42,599 nucleotides of DNA from a virus (IMGVR_UViG_3300009605_000003:1-42599), one strand, 5' to 3'. Shown: positions 26,400-36,799, numbered from the stretch's first letter. Notes: generated from the sequence alone by a model not told the origin. Numbers and translations are program-made.

Positions 26400-28777
26400 T
26401 GTCTGGGACTAATTCAGTTACATCAGTCCGGCGTATTCAGAGGCAGGCTCAACAATTACCACCCCAATCTATCGTAAGGAATGGTCACCTCAGGGCTAGA
26501 ACTGCTGAGTATTATCCTGAATATTTCAACCGTGTAGATCCTACTTCTATAATGACTGGAAGTCCTGCAAACCCACTCAGCTTGAACGGGTGGAATGGAT
26601 CTATTGTGGCAGGTCCAGATGTAGATGCTGGAGTTGTAATCAATGAATCTGGTATAAGGATAGCAGGTGGTAGTACTACTTCTGCCCACTTGTCTTTTGA
26701 GAATGCTTCTTGGGTCAGTAAGTTTCGACAAGTCTATGTACCTGGTGATGATTCTATTACCATGTACTTGGCAGACGGTGTAGACTTGAAAATCAGGATG
26801 TCTAATGGTAGTGTATTACCTGTAAATCAAGAAGCATTGGGGTCTCATGCTTCTTTGATTACTAGTGGAGTAGATAAAGCTTGGTCTCATATAGTAGCAG
26901 ACCAGTGGATTGGCCAGTCTCTTATATTTGAAGCTGATGAGACTGCCTCTAATGTGGCTGACGTAGGTGCTGTTACATCTATCTACCGTGATGATACGGG
27001 GGTGGGCGGCAGCGCCGGTAACCTTATATATAATGTACCTACCTCTAGTATCCATGTATTCCAAATAAATAATGTCCCTCTATTGACAATACCAACCAAT
27101 ACGCCAGAAAAAGGAGCCTTACTATATGCCGAGAACACCACAGGGACTGGCGTTTGGCAAAGGGACCAATTCAACGTTATTGTGTATGGTGCTGACAGTG
27201 GTGGTGGTAGCGACGCATCTAGTGAAATACAGGCTGCTATTGACGATGCAGAAGCTGCCAATGGCGGAGTGGTATACTTCCCTGAAGGCACATATAAGAT
27301 CAGTACGAAGCTAGAACTCAATAAGGCTGACCCTGGTAATAAGCGTATCATATTGTCAGGATTTGGAGCCACTATCAAACCTGATACTAACACTATCGCT
27401 CTTGAAATAGATGGTACTGTAGGTAATACTGCTGTTGGGTATGAGATCAACGGTATTCACTTTCAAGGACAGTCAACTACTGGCACTACGGGTGTTCTTA
27501 TCAGGGATCAGGACCGTGTATCTCTAAGGAATGTAAGGTTTGAGGACCTTGCTGTTGGGTTACATCTGCAGGTGGATGAAGATGATTCTGGTGATCACTG
27601 GGTTGAAGGTACTTCACTTGTTGATGCCTTCTTTAGTAATTGTACCAAAGGTGTTCACTTTGATAATGCTGATTCAGCACCATCAGCTTATGTATCCTTC
27701 TTTGAAACTTATTTTGAGAATGTAGGTATTCAAGGTTCCGCTACTGGTATTGATATAGAAAGATATGCTAACCTAACTCGATCAGTGTTCAAGAATATTT
27801 CTATCTGGCCTGCTGCTTCAGGTACTGGTTGGTCTATAGATGGTGATATGAAGAATGTACAGGCTGACATTCATGTGGAGAGGCAAGCATCATCTGTAAT
27901 AGGCGTGAGTATTGGTTCAAATGCGACCAATATGACTCGTTGGCATCCACACTTTGATTTTGTAGATACCAGCGGTAGTTGGGCTGCAAAGATTTTGGAT
28001 CCGTCACAGTTGATGTTTCCAGCTATTACTAGTCTTGGACCTCTAACTGGCTGGTTATATGCACATGGTGCGGGACCACCTATTGGTACTATAACGGCAA
28101 CAGATTCAACTGTGGCACACGCAGCTTTTACCTTGACTGGTATGCCAGGAGTGGAGTTCTCTAATAATGTTGGTAAGGGATATATAGCAAGAACCTTCCG
28201 AGTACCTGATGATTGGGCTGATGATGGAGATGACTTTGCTATCCAAGTTATCTGGTATGTAGATGGCACTGCTAGTACAGATGATGTGTTTAGTCTAAAT
28301 GTTACAGTTAGAGGGGTAGCTATAGGTGAAGATGCTGGCTCAGGTGGTGCTTCTGAGAATGAAGGTGCTCATATATCTACGCATGTTAGTGGTACTCATA
28401 CTGGCAGCAACGGAGCCTCAGTACTTACAGACTCAACAGCGTCGTTTATAGGTGATAGGGTTTCAAGCGGAGACACCGTTACTAATACTACGGATGGCTC
28501 GTCAGGTACTATCTCCAGCTCTAGTAACATTACTGCTACTACTATCACGGCCAGCTTGTCTGGTGGTACTGATAATGATTGGGATAACGGTGATGCCTTT
28601 ATTATCCTAACATCACCTGATGAGGAATTACAATCTACATATCATTACTTTACTGATGGGGTACTATCTAGGGGTGATCTTGCTAACATAGTACTTGAAC
28701 GTGATGGTGGAGCAGCTAATAATGACATAGATGTGATAATAGTAGATGTAATCCTGTGCTATAGAAGGAACACATAA
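26399..28777 (+). CDS. Tailspike with pectate-lyase-like right-handed beta-helix
   Basis: FNVIVYGA..G.SD....IQAAID.....GGVVYFPEGTYKI signature; start moved to the TAATG ATG with GGAGGA SD. Confidence 0.85.
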   Translation: MSGTNSVTSVRRIQRQAQQLPPQSIVRNGHLRARTAEYYPEYFNRVDPTSIMTGSPANPLSLNGWNGSIVAGPDVDAGVVINESGIRIAGGSTTSAHLSFENASWVSKFRQVYVPGDDSITMYLADGVDLKIRMSNGSVLPVNQEALGSHASLITSGVDKAWSHIVADQWIGQSLIFEADETASNVADVGAVTSIYRDDTGVGGSAGNLIYNVPTSSIHVFQINNVPLLTIPTNTPEKGALLYAENTTGTGVWQRDQFNVIVYGADSGGGSDASSEIQAAIDDAEAANGGVVYFPEGTYKISTKLELNKADPGNKRIILSGFGATIKPDTNTIALEIDGTVGNTAVGYEINGIHFQGQSTTGTTGVLIRDQDRVSLRNVRFEDLAVGLHLQVDEDDSGDHWVEGTSLVDAFFSNCTKGVHFDNADSAPSAYVSFFETYFENVGIQGSATGIDIERYANLTRSVFKNISIWPAASGTGWSIDGDMKNVQADIHVERQASSVIGVSIGSNATNMTRWHPHFDFVDTSGSWAAKILDPSQLMFPAITSLGPLTGWLYAHGAGPPIGTITATDSTVAHAAFTLTGMPGVEFSNNVGKGYIARTFRVPDDWADDGDDFAIQVIWYVDGTASTDDVFSLNVTVRGVAIGEDAGSGGASENEGAHISTHVSGTHTGSNGASVLTDSTASFIGDRVSSGDTVTNTTDGSSGTISSSSNITATTITASLSGGTDNDWDNGDAFIILTSPDEELQSTYHYFTDGVLSRGDLANIVLERDGGAANNDIDVIIVDVILCYRRNT

Positions 28778-30597
28778 TGGCAACACTTGCGACATTCCGC
28801 ACAGATATCCGCATAGACCTTGACGCCGTTGGAGACACGACTAACTTCTCTAACGCTCTCATAGATCGGGCGGTACAGCGTGCAGTACGTGACCTTAGTA
28901 GATATATTCCTAATGAGAAAGTGTTAGATCTACTCATTGATACCTCCATATCAGACGACTCTTTTACCTCTAGTCAGGGTAATGCTGTAGCCTTGGATAA
29001 TAAGTTTATCAAACCTGAATCTGAAGTGGTTCACACTGCTGTATCTAAAGGTGGTACCAAGTATACTCGTGATACAGACTATACTATGGACTATGCTAAT
29101 GGTACTATCACTGACCTGGCTGCAGGGTCTATGGCTGATTCCACCACTCACTATGTTAGCTACACTGTAGATGAAATCACCGCACCTCTTAGTAGCCTGA
29201 GTTCTGATCTACTCAAAGTGCATAAGGTAGAATATAACCCTATCAACCTACCTCAACAGTTCTATACCTTCGCAGTATGGGGTGATACTCTTTTTATCCG
29301 TGGACGTAGAGACTCGGAGCAACCTCAACTCTTAGATGGTAAGCACTTATGGATATACTATTATGTCCAGCACACGGCTCCTACTGCTAGTGCTAACGGT
29401 ACTTACCCACAAGAACTTGATGAGGTAGTAGTCAAGGGTGCACTGGGGTACCTGATGCGAGCTAAAGCTTCATCATTCGCTTTGGATGGTAAAGGTCACC
29501 ATAGTAGTGCTGCTGTCCAGCTAGCTGCTGCTCATACGGCTATGGAAAATATCCGTACAATTATAGATTCAGCCAATGCTCATTTCACTAATATGGATAC
29601 TAACGTAGATTCTAGTGTAACTGAGTTAGCGGCCATTCTTGGTGATCTCAAAGGTACTACCGGTACAGGAGATCCTCTTTATGAGACAGATCTTGGTAAT
29701 ACCGCTTCAGATTTAGCAACCACTACCTTAGCTGAGATAAATACCTTCCTCACCACAAGTTCCGCAGATGCTCTGGCTCAACTTACCGACATACAGAACC
29801 TTGCTAGTGGTCCACTCAAAGATGCGGATACTGAGCATGATGCTGCGGTTACTGAACATACTGCTGCTGTCGCTGATATGGTTCTCGCAGAAACTGACCT
29901 AGCTAGTGCTACTGATGTATTCGCTGCACAAGATGACTTTATAGTTACAGGTTCTGTGCCTAATGCAGAACAATACCTCATTGATGGTGACGGTACTATC
30001 TCTACTATCAATGATGGTGAGAATGAAGCTGAACTCTATAACAGGTATGCTGCCACTACTCTAGGCATAGCGGACCAGTATGCAGATAATAGAAAAGATC
30101 TTATAAATCAGGCTGCAGTTCATGTAAGGTTAGCTGAATCTAGGATAGCGAACGCTAATTCCAAGATAGCGAATGCTAACTCTCGTATGCAGGTCGCTAC
30201 CTCTAAGGCAGAAATAGCTGATCGGTACTTAGCCATAGCACAGAAGATTCTCAATGAGGCTCAACTCCATATTCAAACTTCTAACTCTCATAACGCTCTA
30301 GCTTCCACAACTATTAGAATACTAGAGAATAGGATACAAGTGGTTTCAGGGTACCAGGCTGCTGCCTCTCAATTTGGTCAGCAGGGTACGTTGGAGTTAC
30401 AGCAAGCCGCAGCTTACCTAAATGAAGCTCAAGGTCGTATATCTAATTCGGATGGATACGTTCGCCTAGCAGAGTCAACTACTCTATTAGGTATAGATTA
30501 TCGTAACCAAGCTGATTCTTTGAGGGAGGAATTCTTTGTCACTCTAAGATCTAGGTCACTATTTGACCACAAACCATTTGATGCCCCATCAGACTAG
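28777..30597 (+). CDS. Putative head-tail adaptor with long Ala-rich coiled coil
   Basis: TLATFRTDIRIDL...IDRAVQRAVRDLSRY adaptor-like N-terminus; YTRDTDYTMDYANGTI insert; ~350-aa helical region. Confidence 0.55.
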   Translation: MATLATFRTDIRIDLDAVGDTTNFSNALIDRAVQRAVRDLSRYIPNEKVLDLLIDTSISDDSFTSSQGNAVALDNKFIKPESEVVHTAVSKGGTKYTRDTDYTMDYANGTITDLAAGSMADSTTHYVSYTVDEITAPLSSLSSDLLKVHKVEYNPINLPQQFYTFAVWGDTLFIRGRRDSEQPQLLDGKHLWIYYYVQHTAPTASANGTYPQELDEVVVKGALGYLMRAKASSFALDGKGHHSSAAVQLAAAHTAMENIRTIIDSANAHFTNMDTNVDSSVTELAAILGDLKGTTGTGDPLYETDLGNTASDLATTTLAEINTFLTTSSADALAQLTDIQNLASGPLKDADTEHDAAVTEHTAAVADMVLAETDLASATDVFAAQDDFIVTGSVPNAEQYLIDGDGTISTINDGENEAELYNRYAATTLGIADQYADNRKDLINQAAVHVRLAESRIANANSKIANANSRMQVATSKAEIADRYLAIAQKILNEAQLHIQTSNSHNALASTTIRILENRIQVVSGYQAAASQFGQQGTLELQQAAAYLNEAQGRISNSDGYVRLAESTTLLGIDYRNQADSLREEFFVTLRSRSLFDHKPFDAPSD

Positions 30598-30667
30598 GAT
30601 TAGAATTGGCAGGTAGATAATAAGTGGTATATCAACAAACAGAAGTCGGAAGATTAGGTGGTGACTT

Positions 30668-31588
30668 ATGAAACGTATCAAGGCAGAAGTTATCTCTATT
30701 GCGGAGTCTGTCTGGGCTAACGTAAAGCCTCAGATAACTGCCGTTTTCAACAAAGCATCCGACCATGTGCTTGCGATTGTTATCGCGTCCCTCACCGTTG
30801 GAGCAGGTGCTGTTACAACCACGACGGATATTCAAGTTCCGATTGTTTCAGATGTGGTTGATGCCGTACCGTATATCGAGCCAAAAGCTGTTGAAGCAGC
30901 AGAGGCCAAAGAGGACGCTGCCGCGCTTGAGCGTGAAGAATTGCGCGACCGTATTTCTCTGGTACTTGATCTTGTTGGCTCCCTCTCTGACAGGGTGGAT
31001 ACTGTGGCTCCAGTAATTGCCACGAAGTCTATTGACTATTCCTGTAAGGGAAACCAGGGCTCTGTGTCGCTGTCGAACATCACAGTGCTGAAGGCTGCTG
31101 CTCATACGTATGCTGCTGAATTCCGAGGCATCAACGGTGGGCGAATCTTTATGCACACTGGCGATTGGACCAACATGCAGGGGAAGCAGCTTCTCGCTAC
31201 TTCATCGGTTGTGTTCGCTAACTCAACTATTACCGATAACGAAGCTGACGGCCTGAACCTCGGGCAAGTTTCTTCTTCAACAATTACAACCTATAATATA
31301 CCAAATTCAGCAGGTACAACAATTTGGGAGGACGACGTTGTTGACCGCATCTACTTCGTGGCTGATGGCGTGGACTGCCGCATCTATGACTTCGATGCTG
31401 ATGGGATCTTCACCGATGGCATCATCATCTTTGAGAATGTCTATGTGAACAATGGCTCGATCAAAAACTCATCCATCGGCAGCGCAGATAGCTTTGCGAA
31501 CGTGGACTTCGACGTTGAGGTGATTGTCTCCAGTACTGGCACAGTTACCCACTCAGGGAACAACGGCTTCGTAGCGGTTGGTTATTAG
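30668..31588 (+). CDS. Membrane-anchored protein (TM + coiled coil + beta-rich domain)
   Basis: VLAIVIASLTVGAGAV hydrophobic segment; last gene of the operon. Confidence 0.7.
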   Translation: MKRIKAEVISIAESVWANVKPQITAVFNKASDHVLAIVIASLTVGAGAVTTTTDIQVPIVSDVVDAVPYIEPKAVEAAEAKEDAAALEREELRDRISLVLDLVGSLSDRVDTVAPVIATKSIDYSCKGNQGSVSLSNITVLKAAAHTYAAEFRGINGGRIFMHTGDWTNMQGKQLLATSSVVFANSTITDNEADGLNLGQVSSSTITTYNIPNSAGTTIWEDDVVDRIYFVADGVDCRIYDFDADGIFTDGIIIFENVYVNNGSIKNSSIGSADSFANVDFDVEVIVSSTGTVTHSGNNGFVAVGY

Positions 31589-31618
31589 ATATTAGGCATC
31601 TATATCGGGTAGGTGCTT

Positions 31619-31662
31619 GGAGGTCTCTGGTCACTGGTCACCAGGGGCCTCCTCTTTATTTT
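31619..31662 (+). terminator. Intrinsic terminator of the structural operon
   Basis: GGAGGTCTCTGGT...ACCAGGGGCCTCC stem followed by TCTTTATTTT. Confidence 0.75.
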
Positions 31663-31807
31663 GAACATATCAACATTGACAGGTTATACACTAGGGATTA
31701 CCAGGTTATCACCCGGTCAACGTATAGGCCGTTTGTGTGATATAATACGTATTTGACCTGGATGCGAGGGGATGCAACCTCGAAGCCTTTATCATATATA
31801 GATAACA

Positions 31808-33574
31808 CTAGGCCCATGTAGCCGAGTACTTTACATCAATAGGTACAGTCATACCTGGTACTACATTTTCTAATTCTTCTCGCTTGCTTTCAATGTCATA
31901 TCGTCCATCCATAACTAGCTCATCATGGATAGGTATCTTGAAATTCCAACCGTATCCCCACACTTTCCTCATCTGCCTCTTGATAACATCAGCGCCTGAA
32001 CCCTGAATAGGGTAGTTTACTGCTGTCCTCTCAACTGCAGCCACCTCACCTGGATTATCAGGGTCAGGTTCCTTCAAGTAGATACGCCGCCCACCTATGG
32101 TTGTAACGTACCCATCCTGCATAGCTTTGTCTTTAGAGTACATAATATATTCCATGGCTTGAGGGAAGGTATTACCCCAAGCAATACCAAGATCATGGGC
32201 AAGTCGGAGATCAGGAACTCCCGCTGTCTCAGCTATAGTCTCGTCACTACCTCCATAGATCATAGCATAGCCAGTATTTTTAGCCGGGTCCCTAGATACA
32301 CCCATAGCTAAGGCAGTATATAGGTGTATGTCGCACTGTTCGCACTTAGTTTGCCCATTAGTACATTGGTGTTGAAGGTTAGTTGCTTGGCTGAATACTT
32401 CTCCCATCGCCACGTCGCTAGAGAGATATTGTAGTATACGCAACTCCTGCTGTGAATTGTCGAAGGAAGTGAAAACGCCGGAGTCTGGCAAGAACATTCC
32501 ACGGAGATGTTTTGGTACGTTGAGAGCTTGAATCTCTTCGGGTCCAACTTTGTAGCTAGATATTCTTGTAGTTGCGGCGAGGAGATGGTAATGAGTATAT
32601 ACACGGTCGAGTCCTCTCAGCGGGCTAACGTAACCCATTTGCTTTTGTACTGATCTGTAACTTAGTACCATAGCTGCTAACGGATCACTCATCTTTTTCA
32701 ATGTAGTCTTATCTAAAGTAAAACTAGCCTTCTGTTGCATAGCTTCACTTAGTAACTTATCTCGCCGTTTCAGCCTTAGGTGTTCAAAGGTATCAGGGTA
32801 TTCCTCGGCTCTTAGCCCTAGAATATAAGCCATCTGCTCACTGGACCCTGGGTTGGCTGAGTATTCCTCCTCACAGTAGTCCCTAAAAAACTTTATCTTC
32901 TGGTTGAGGTCAAGGTACCATCTATTTACTTCACGTTGGTCAAGAGCTAACCCTTGACCTTGAGCCACAATAAGTATAGGTATAGACTCCATCTCTTCCA
33001 TATAAGGGTCGAGATCCATTTCTGGTAAGATAGTAAGTAGTAACTTATGAGTAGTACGGACATCCCATATACATTTCTCTGCAGTAATTACCTCAGGGAT
33101 ATCTAGCATTGTCTTGCCTTTTGGCAGAACATCCTCTATATCTTGTATCTCTGAGCCATCATCCTTTTCTAAGTCTAGTGCTGCGGCTAAAATCTTGAGT
33201 TTACCTGGTAGTCCAAAGGTGGTACAGGCAATCATACTATCTAGTATAGGCCATATGGGGCGATGACCGCACTGCTGCCATATCTCTGGGGCATCGAACA
33301 TAGAGTTGTGCATAATTTTTATAACAGATGGATTTTCCATAAGGTTCCATGGAAATTCTTCTAGTCCACCTTCTTTGAGCCAGCTAAAATACCATCCATG
33401 CTCAGGTGATATACTAATCCCAATACCTATAATAGTACGGTCTTTTAGAGAGATAGTTTCAATATCAACTGCTATGAACTTTGGAGTAGTAGATAATAAT
33501 TGGTGGCTATAATCTATATCCATACCTTGGTAAGTACCAAGATAATACCAACCTCCATAATCAATCAACGGCAT
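31808..33574 (-). CDS. polA: Family A DNA polymerase with 3'-5' exonuclease
   Basis: VDIET and HNSMFD (exonuclease); DNSQQELR (A), RDPAKNTGYAMIYG (B), NYPIQGS and IHDEL (C). Confidence 0.95.
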   Translation of the reverse strand: MPLIDYGGWYYLGTYQGMDIDYSHQLLSTTPKFIAVDIETISLKDRTIIGIGISISPEHGWYFSWLKEGGLEEFPWNLMENPSVIKIMHNSMFDAPEIWQQCGHRPIWPILDSMIACTTFGLPGKLKILAAALDLEKDDGSEIQDIEDVLPKGKTMLDIPEVITAEKCIWDVRTTHKLLLTILPEMDLDPYMEEMESIPILIVAQGQGLALDQREVNRWYLDLNQKIKFFRDYCEEEYSANPGSSEQMAYILGLRAEEYPDTFEHLRLKRRDKLLSEAMQQKASFTLDKTTLKKMSDPLAAMVLSYRSVQKQMGYVSPLRGLDRVYTHYHLLAATTRISSYKVGPEEIQALNVPKHLRGMFLPDSGVFTSFDNSQQELRILQYLSSDVAMGEVFSQATNLQHQCTNGQTKCEQCDIHLYTALAMGVSRDPAKNTGYAMIYGGSDETIAETAGVPDLRLAHDLGIAWGNTFPQAMEYIMYSKDKAMQDGYVTTIGGRRIYLKEPDPDNPGEVAAVERTAVNYPIQGSGADVIKRQMRKVWGYGWNFKIPIHDELVMDGRYDIESKREELENVVPGMTVPIDVKYSATWA

Positions 33575-33986
33575 ATATTATTTCTCCGTTTAGATGGGCT
33601 AGTGGGATACCTACATTTACTATTAGTTCGGTACATCTACGGCATAGGTTTTTATACGGTCCATTACCTGCCACATACAAGTGTGACTCACTAAAGGATA
33701 CAAATCCATGTAACTGTGCATATAGTACAGCATTAGATTCAGCGTGGATACAAGCACATAAGTCAAGCTCGTCACCTGACTTTATGCTACCATTCTTCCT
33801 TTGTAAGCACCTATGGCAACCATCATCAGAACAATTCCTTTGACCCTGGGCAGTACCATTATACCCAGTGGACACTACTCTGTGTTCATATACTAGTACG
33901 GCGCCATAGTGTGAACCATGACAGTCTGCTCTAAGGGCTATAGTCCGAGCTAGCCATGTGAAGTATGTATCCCAGTCAGGTCTCAT
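33561..33986 (-). CDS. dCMP deaminase
   Basis: RPDWD.YF, TGYNG, HAESNA and LCRRC motifs. Confidence 0.92.
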   Translation of the reverse strand: MRPDWDTYFTWLARTIALRADCHGSHYGAVLVYEHRVVSTGYNGTAQGQRNCSDDGCHRCLQRKNGSIKSGDELDLCACIHAESNAVLYAQLHGFVSFSESHLYVAGNGPYKNLCRRCTELIVNVGIPLAHLNGEIIYAVD

Positions 33987-34957
33987 AGTTCTTTCCCAAA
34001 TATAACTATGTCTTCATCCAAAACTACCTCAAACCCTCTACTCTCATGTAGCTTTAGGTACCCTGTACCTGGGCTATGACGCTTATGCCACTGTAAGGTT
34101 TTGAAATGAGGGCTACCATCCTTCCAACCAACAGCATCTTGCGTACATACTTTCTCAAACCACTTGCTCAGGTATTGCCTCTCCTCAGCCTTCATAAAGT
34201 CTTTCATGATGGTGGTGAGTGTACCACCTGGTACCAATGCGTCGTAACAAGCACGATATACTTTGGTCATCTCATGGTTGTATTGGAACTTATTGAGTTT
34301 ACCTATGGATCGTGGGTGGTCACTATAGACTTGGATTGACTCAGAGTAAGATCCAGCTAGATGTTTGGTTGATTCTGCTTTAGGTTTAGATACACTAAGT
34401 ACTGCCGCATATGGGGGACTACCCATTATGTGGTGGATGTCAGGATTACCCCATTTGAGGAATGCTTCTCGCTTAGCTGTTGGTATGGTAATTCTATTAT
34501 CGCCTTCAAGTAGTAATACATTAGCGCCTATATCCTGACCGCTCAACTCACTGATCTTGACTATACTTTGCTTGATGAGGTCTATATAGGTAGGCTCTAG
34601 TTCACACAGGATAACTTTATACCCCTCTAGTACAGCCATCATGCTAGTGCCTGTACCACCAAAGAAATCCATGAGTACTTCACCTGGCTTACCAACATGA
34701 CGCCAGATGGAACGCATCATCTCTATGTTAGCCTTAGCAGGATGGCCCATAGAGCCTTCAGCAAACCATTTCTTTCTTTCATTGGCGTCAGCAGGGACAG
34801 TGGAGAATTCAATCCAATCTGTCTCCTCCTCACCCTTATAATAATGTCTTGGCTTACCTTTAGCAAACTCACTAGCTAGAGGTAGTACTGCAAAGTGTGT
34901 ACTACCTGCCTGTATTGCCAAGAACTCAGCAATCCTATCCTCCTGCGTCATCTGCAC
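33983..34957 (-). CDS. DNA amino-methyltransferase (N4-C or N6-A)
   Basis: HPAK, DFFGGTGT (motif I) and SPPY (motif IV). Confidence 0.88.
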   Translation of the reverse strand: MQMTQEDRIAEFLAIQAGSTHFAVLPLASEFAKGKPRHYYKGEEETDWIEFSTVPADANERKKWFAEGSMGHPAKANIEMMRSIWRHVGKPGEVLMDFFGGTGTSMMAVLEGYKVILCELEPTYIDLIKQSIVKISELSGQDIGANVLLLEGDNRITIPTAKREAFLKWGNPDIHHIMGSPPYAAVLSVSKPKAESTKHLAGSYSESIQVYSDHPRSIGKLNKFQYNHEMTKVYRACYDALVPGGTLTTIMKDFMKAEERQYLSKWFEKVCTQDAVGWKDGSPHFKTLQWHKRHSPGTGYLKLHESRGFEVVLDEDIVIFGKEL

Positions 34958-35699
34958 CTATCTCCTTGAAAAATTGAACCGCTCCATTCCACCCTAATAC
35001 TTCACTCATCTCCTCTATAGAAGATCGGAAAGCAGCGCCACTTGATCCGTACCATTCCACCAATCTAAGCGCACTAACTTCTCCGATACCTCGGACTCCC
35101 ATAAGGATTGGGACATGCTTGTTCCTGGACTTAGGGTGAACAATAGGTTTGTGATATCTATCCCATCCAATAAACTCGATACGCTGAGTTCCAGCATAGA
35201 TTGCAGTAATGTGAGATAACATCCACCTTCGGCTAGGTGTGCAGATTGTTGTGACTCCGAGTCGCTCCATCTTGTCCATCCATGTACAGATACCTTGCAT
35301 GAGTCCTGAACGTGGACGTGCTTTACTACCATAAGTACGTGACCGTCTAAAGTAAGTCGTACCCTTCTTGCTGACTTCCTCACTGTAAGTGTCAACACCA
35401 TATACCGTATCAAGAGGCCAGCCTTCAATGAGAAGGTAGTGCTCATCACTTTTTGTGATCTGCCTTCGGAGTTGTTCTTCCACGTGGGCAGGGAACTCTG
35501 CAATAAACTCATTCCATTGTTTATGCTCAATTTGAATTCTCTTTCCGTCTATCCCGATCCATGAAAAATCCGCCCAACCATTAGCGTTGAGCGGTTGTAT
35601 AGCTACAGGTATGGACTTACCTAACTCCTGTACTATACTAATATTCTCATGCACATCAATTAGTAGAGTCAGTGGGTTCCTCCTCAGGTAACATCTCAC
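34935..35699 (-). CDS. ERCC4/XPF-like structure-specific nuclease with HhH
   Basis: IDVHE, ADF, IEHKQWNEF, LLIEG and GVRGIG motifs. Confidence 0.8.
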   Translation of the reverse strand: MRCYLRRNPLTLLIDVHENISIVQELGKSIPVAIQPLNANGWADFSWIGIDGKRIQIEHKQWNEFIAEFPAHVEEQLRRQITKSDEHYLLIEGWPLDTVYGVDTYSEEVSKKGTTYFRRSRTYGSKARPRSGLMQGICTWMDKMERLGVTTICTPSRRWMLSHITAIYAGTQRIEFIGWDRYHKPIVHPKSRNKHVPILMGVRGIGEVSALRLVEWYGSSGAAFRSSIEEMSEVLGWNGAVQFFKEIGADDAGG

Positions 35700-36597
35700 C
35701 GGTCCTGCTCATGTGAATCATTCGGTAAAACTTCCACCACGTAGGCCAATCATGGTCCATACCATAGGCATTGAGGTCTAACCCACTAAGGGTAACCTTA
35801 CCATGTGGTACTTTCTTATCACCAGCTATATCTTCTAACCTAGTCTCAATAGCTAGATCAGCTTCACGACCAAACCTTGACCAAGCATCTCTCTCTACTC
35901 CAACAATGGAGTCCACCAACCTACCTCTATCATCTAGTATCTTACCGTACTTATCCCTAACATAGTTGATATAGACTAAGTTGACCCCCGCATCTCTAGC
36001 TGCATGTATGATAGCGCTCATACGAGAGTTTGGTTCAGCATACTCAATAGATATAAGGGATTCACGCCAGCTATTCTGACCTTGTGCCCGCTCTTGTTTC
36101 TCCTGAAGTACAGACCTATGACATATATTCCATAGTTGGGTACCACTATCGAACACTATAGTCTTGGCATTGAGTCCAGGTGTACCATCGGGGAAGTGAC
36201 CTTCTAATACAAACACTAGGTTCTGTAAGAATTCATACCATAATTCCTTAGTACCTATTACCATGTTAGATTGTTTGACTACTTGCCCAACATTACTGAC
36301 AGCTTCTCGCACTTGTGCCAGGTTAGTACCTTGTCCAGGTAGCCTGGCCTTCAATGCACCTAGTGCTGTCTCTACCCCTTGTGCCTGCATAGGTAGAGTC
36401 AAGTCATAATTGTAGATCTGATGAGTTTCCATTAGTTCCCTGAACTGTGGTAATGGGCTACCATCTAAATCACAAGCTGCTCGCTCAAACCCACCCTTAT
36501 CAAAGGTGAATATACAGATGGGTTTAGGAAACGTCAGGGCCAGGGTTGTCTTGCCTGTCTTCTCGTCGCCATCCAGCCCAATTATAAATCCGCTCAA
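35656..36597 (-). CDS. Sak4-like/AAA_24 ATPase
   Basis: GDEKTGKT Walker A and IVFDS Walker B; next to a Cas4-like nuclease. Confidence 0.75.
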   Translation of the reverse strand: MSGFIIGLDGDEKTGKTTLALTFPKPICIFTFDKGGFERAACDLDGSPLPQFRELMETHQIYNYDLTLPMQAQGVETALGALKARLPGQGTNLAQVREAVSNVGQVVKQSNMVIGTKELWYEFLQNLVFVLEGHFPDGTPGLNAKTIVFDSGTQLWNICHRSVLQEKQERAQGQNSWRESLISIEYAEPNSRMSAIIHAARDAGVNLVYINYVRDKYGKILDDRGRLVDSIVGVERDAWSRFGREADLAIETRLEDIAGDKKVPHGKVTLSGLDLNAYGMDHDWPTWWKFYRMIHMSRTGEMLPEEEPTDSTN

Positions 36598-36799
36598 GTT
36601 CTTCTCTCTTATCTATTACTTTATTGAGGTCACTTATGCCAAACACTACATCTAACTTAGTAGAAGTATTATCTAACCCAATACGACTGGACTTAGTGAC
36701 AGTGGTTTCAACTATGAATACAGACTCACTAATGGTTATAACCTGATGGTCTCCACCTAGTGAGCCTTGAATTAGGATCTTATTATCTTTAGATATCAA
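36524..36799 (-). CDS. Hypothetical protein
   Basis: Fills the operon gap; GAGG upstream. Confidence 0.5.
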   Translation of the reverse strand: MISKDNKILIQGSLGGDHQVITISESVFIVETTVTKSSRIGLDNTSTKLDVVFGISDLNKVIDKREELERIYNWAGWRREDRQDNPGPDVS

